Made by a program: the position numbers and the translations under genes | The notes under the pieces: model-generated | Databases searched by the model: none | What the model was told of the DNA's origin: nothing | The model's input: only the letters and a program-made list of their open reading frames with translations | Assembly (NCBI GenBank): GCA_951406725.2 | Contig: OX597823.1 | Coordinates: 24,862,001 to 24,926,000 of the forward strand | Direction of reading: 5' to 3' | DNA: 64,000 nt | DNA from: Octopus vulgaris | Lineage: Eukaryota | Shown here: positions 1 to 64,000 of the stretch, piece by piece | Numbering within the stretch: position 1 is the first letter of the stretch | Layout of the letters: each line of letters opens with the position of its first letter

Positions 1-190
<190 letters not shown>

Positions 191-377
191 GAATGAATGA
201 GTTATCCTTTGTTTACCGTTAACTTGGAAAATTCAATAAACAGTTACCAGGGTAGCAAAATTCATGCAAGTAACCCGGATGAAGTGACCTATTCAAAGGT
301 AGAAACTCCGGGTTAATGTGCAGTAATTTTTGTAGTATAAGTAAATAAATGGAGTTGAACGAAGATGTTATTAAAAT

Positions 378-474
378 TCTTTTACTTTCGACATATGTTT
401 CGAAGCCAACATTGGTTTTATTCCAAAGGAATAAACGATGTAAAATGCAATCTTCTCATCAGGAAAGAAAAAGA
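378..474 (-). ncRNA. Type I hammerhead ribozyme motif (minimal palindromic stem III, Penelope/retrozyme type)
   Basis: Minus strand: TCTTTTTCTTTC-CTGATGA-GAAG...CTTC-GAAA-CATATG-TC-GAAAGTAAAAGA. Complete catalytic core, 11/12-bp stem I, 4-bp stem II, GUC cleavage triplet. Confidence 0.75.
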
Positions 475-867
475 GCCTATCTCAACAACAAGACATTATA
501 ACAATTACGATGACTGCCTAAGACACTCAGTTACGATTGTAATTAACAGACAAATATGCGTGTGTGTAAATAAATTCACATGCACGCATATTTGTCTGTT
601 AATTACAATCATAACTGTTAAAATATTAACATATAGAAATTGTTATTGTATTATAATAAAGTTATCAAGAGTCCTGACGATTGGGGTTGCAGTTAAAACA
701 TGTTCCTGTAAAAGACTGATGGTCTAAGGAATGTTAAACGCACCTCATGAAACACGTGTAGAAGAGAAATTTAGAACAGATTAGTAAGTATTTAAATAAA
801 ATTCTATGATATGGTGTGATGTATATTAGGATTTGATGAATTGCATGGGGACTTCTATCTCTAAATA

Positions 868-905
<38 letters not shown>

Positions 906-924
906 TCATCATCATCATCATCAT

Positions 925-1046
925 TTAGCGTCCGCTTTCCATGCTAGCATGGGTTGGACGGTTCAACTGGGGTCTAGGAGGCCAGAAGGCTGCACCAGGC
1001 CCAGTCTGATCTGGCAATGTTTCTACGGCTGGATGCCCTTCCTAAT
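925..1046 (-). mobile_element. SINE/LINE 3' tail fragment with (CAT)n end
   Basis: Reverse complement of 23030-23165 (ggaagggcatccagc...catgctagcatggaaa...gatgatgat); shorter copies occur throughout the window. Confidence 0.6.
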
Positions 1047-1053
1047 GTTTGTA

Positions 1054-1089
<36 letters not shown>

Positions 1090-1125
1090 TATATGTATAT
1101 GTGTGTGTGTATGTATGTATGTATG

Positions 1126-1175
<50 letters not shown>

Positions 1176-1214
1176 GTTGTCTGAAAATGTCATCATGGTA
1201 TTATTTACTGATGA

Positions 1215-1900
1215 GACGTGGTGTTGTAGCTAGGACACTATATAATGAAATCCATTAGAAGGATAACCCCAAGGATAAAGAAATAAGAACCCACAGTGAG
1301 ATAGAAGCCATAGCCACTCATAATAAAAGGGAGTACTGGTGGAATGTCCCAGTGAAGACCTCAATAAAATATAAGCACAACAGACCTGATATAATGATTT
1401 GGGATAGAGAACAGAAACTGTGTGCAGTTGTGAAAATTAGCTGCCCAGCATAAAGCTGAAGATCAATGAAAAGGAGAAAACCTACACTGAACTATTGAGA
1501 AATCTGCAGTTACTCTATCCAGATTACAAGTTCAGGTTTATACCTGTAATTAATAGGGTCGCACTCTGCCTAAATACCAATCTTCAGAAATTAGGCTTCT
1601 CAAAACCAGGAAGGAGAAAGCTGATTCAAAAACTACAGATCAAATCCATCACTGGAACAGTAAAACTCTGTAAATCTTTCCAGAAGTTTGTCGTTTAAAT
1701 ATATATGAATGTGTCTAGATATGCAACTATATGCATGAGAATACATACATTAAACAAAACATAGAAATCTGCACATATACATACATACATGCATACAAAA
1801 ACACCTTGCTGTTGATGTTGAAATTCCAATGAAGAAGCCTTAGATCTAGGTTAGAAACCGGCTCTTTATTGGCATGAAATCTTGAAATAACACTGAATAA
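1215..1900 (+). mobile_element. 3' fragment of a REL-endonuclease non-LTR retrotransposon
   Basis: Broken frames read EYWWNVPVKTSIKYKHNRPDI.IWD..., FIPVI..., GTVKLCKSF; a second copy lies at about 56000-56480. Confidence 0.55.
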
Positions 1901-1923
1901 TGATATACAAACATGCATACATT

Positions 1924-1981
<58 letters not shown>

Positions 1982-2116
1982 TACTTACATGTATTATATC
2001 TGTGTGCAAATTTCATCAATTTGATTCACTCAGTATCTTTTATTGTAACATTGTCATTATCTCTTTACTCTCATCCTCTTCCTAATATTGATGTCAGTTT
2101 ATTTCGTCAATTTCAG

Positions 2117-63956
<61,840 letters not shown>

Positions 63957-64000
63957 GTAATTATTCTGTGCATTTTATTATTGCAATTCTCTTTTCCTCA

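Overview
AT-rich, microsatellite- and transposon-dense animal genomic DNA. The SINE, RTE-LINE and mariner families and the (TA)n/(CA)n/(ATT)n load look like an octopus genome (inference, not verified). The ORF track is almost entirely noise. Reading splice signals instead reveals the middle of one large plus-strand intron-containing gene: 16 intact exons, each encoding one cysteine-bonded extracellular module and all phase 1-1. There are 7 short Sushi/CCP exons (171 nt each), 5 Lys-rich PAN/apple type-A exons (237-240 nt) and 4 PAN type-B exons (231-234 nt), in the order C-C-C-A-B-C-A-B-C-A-B-A-B-C-C-A. Together they give 3324 nt (1108 codons) with no stop, and I found no start, signal peptide or terminal exon in the window. 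The array grew by nested segmental duplications that carried intron sequence along, and one repeat copy lacks four PAN exons. The introns hold decayed Tc1/mariner, Helitron, Gypsy, RTE, REL-type and Penelope-like elements, a canonical type I hammerhead ribozyme motif (378-474, minus strand) and a 486-bp palindrome built from two palindromes (21122-21607). All counts and alignments were done by eye.
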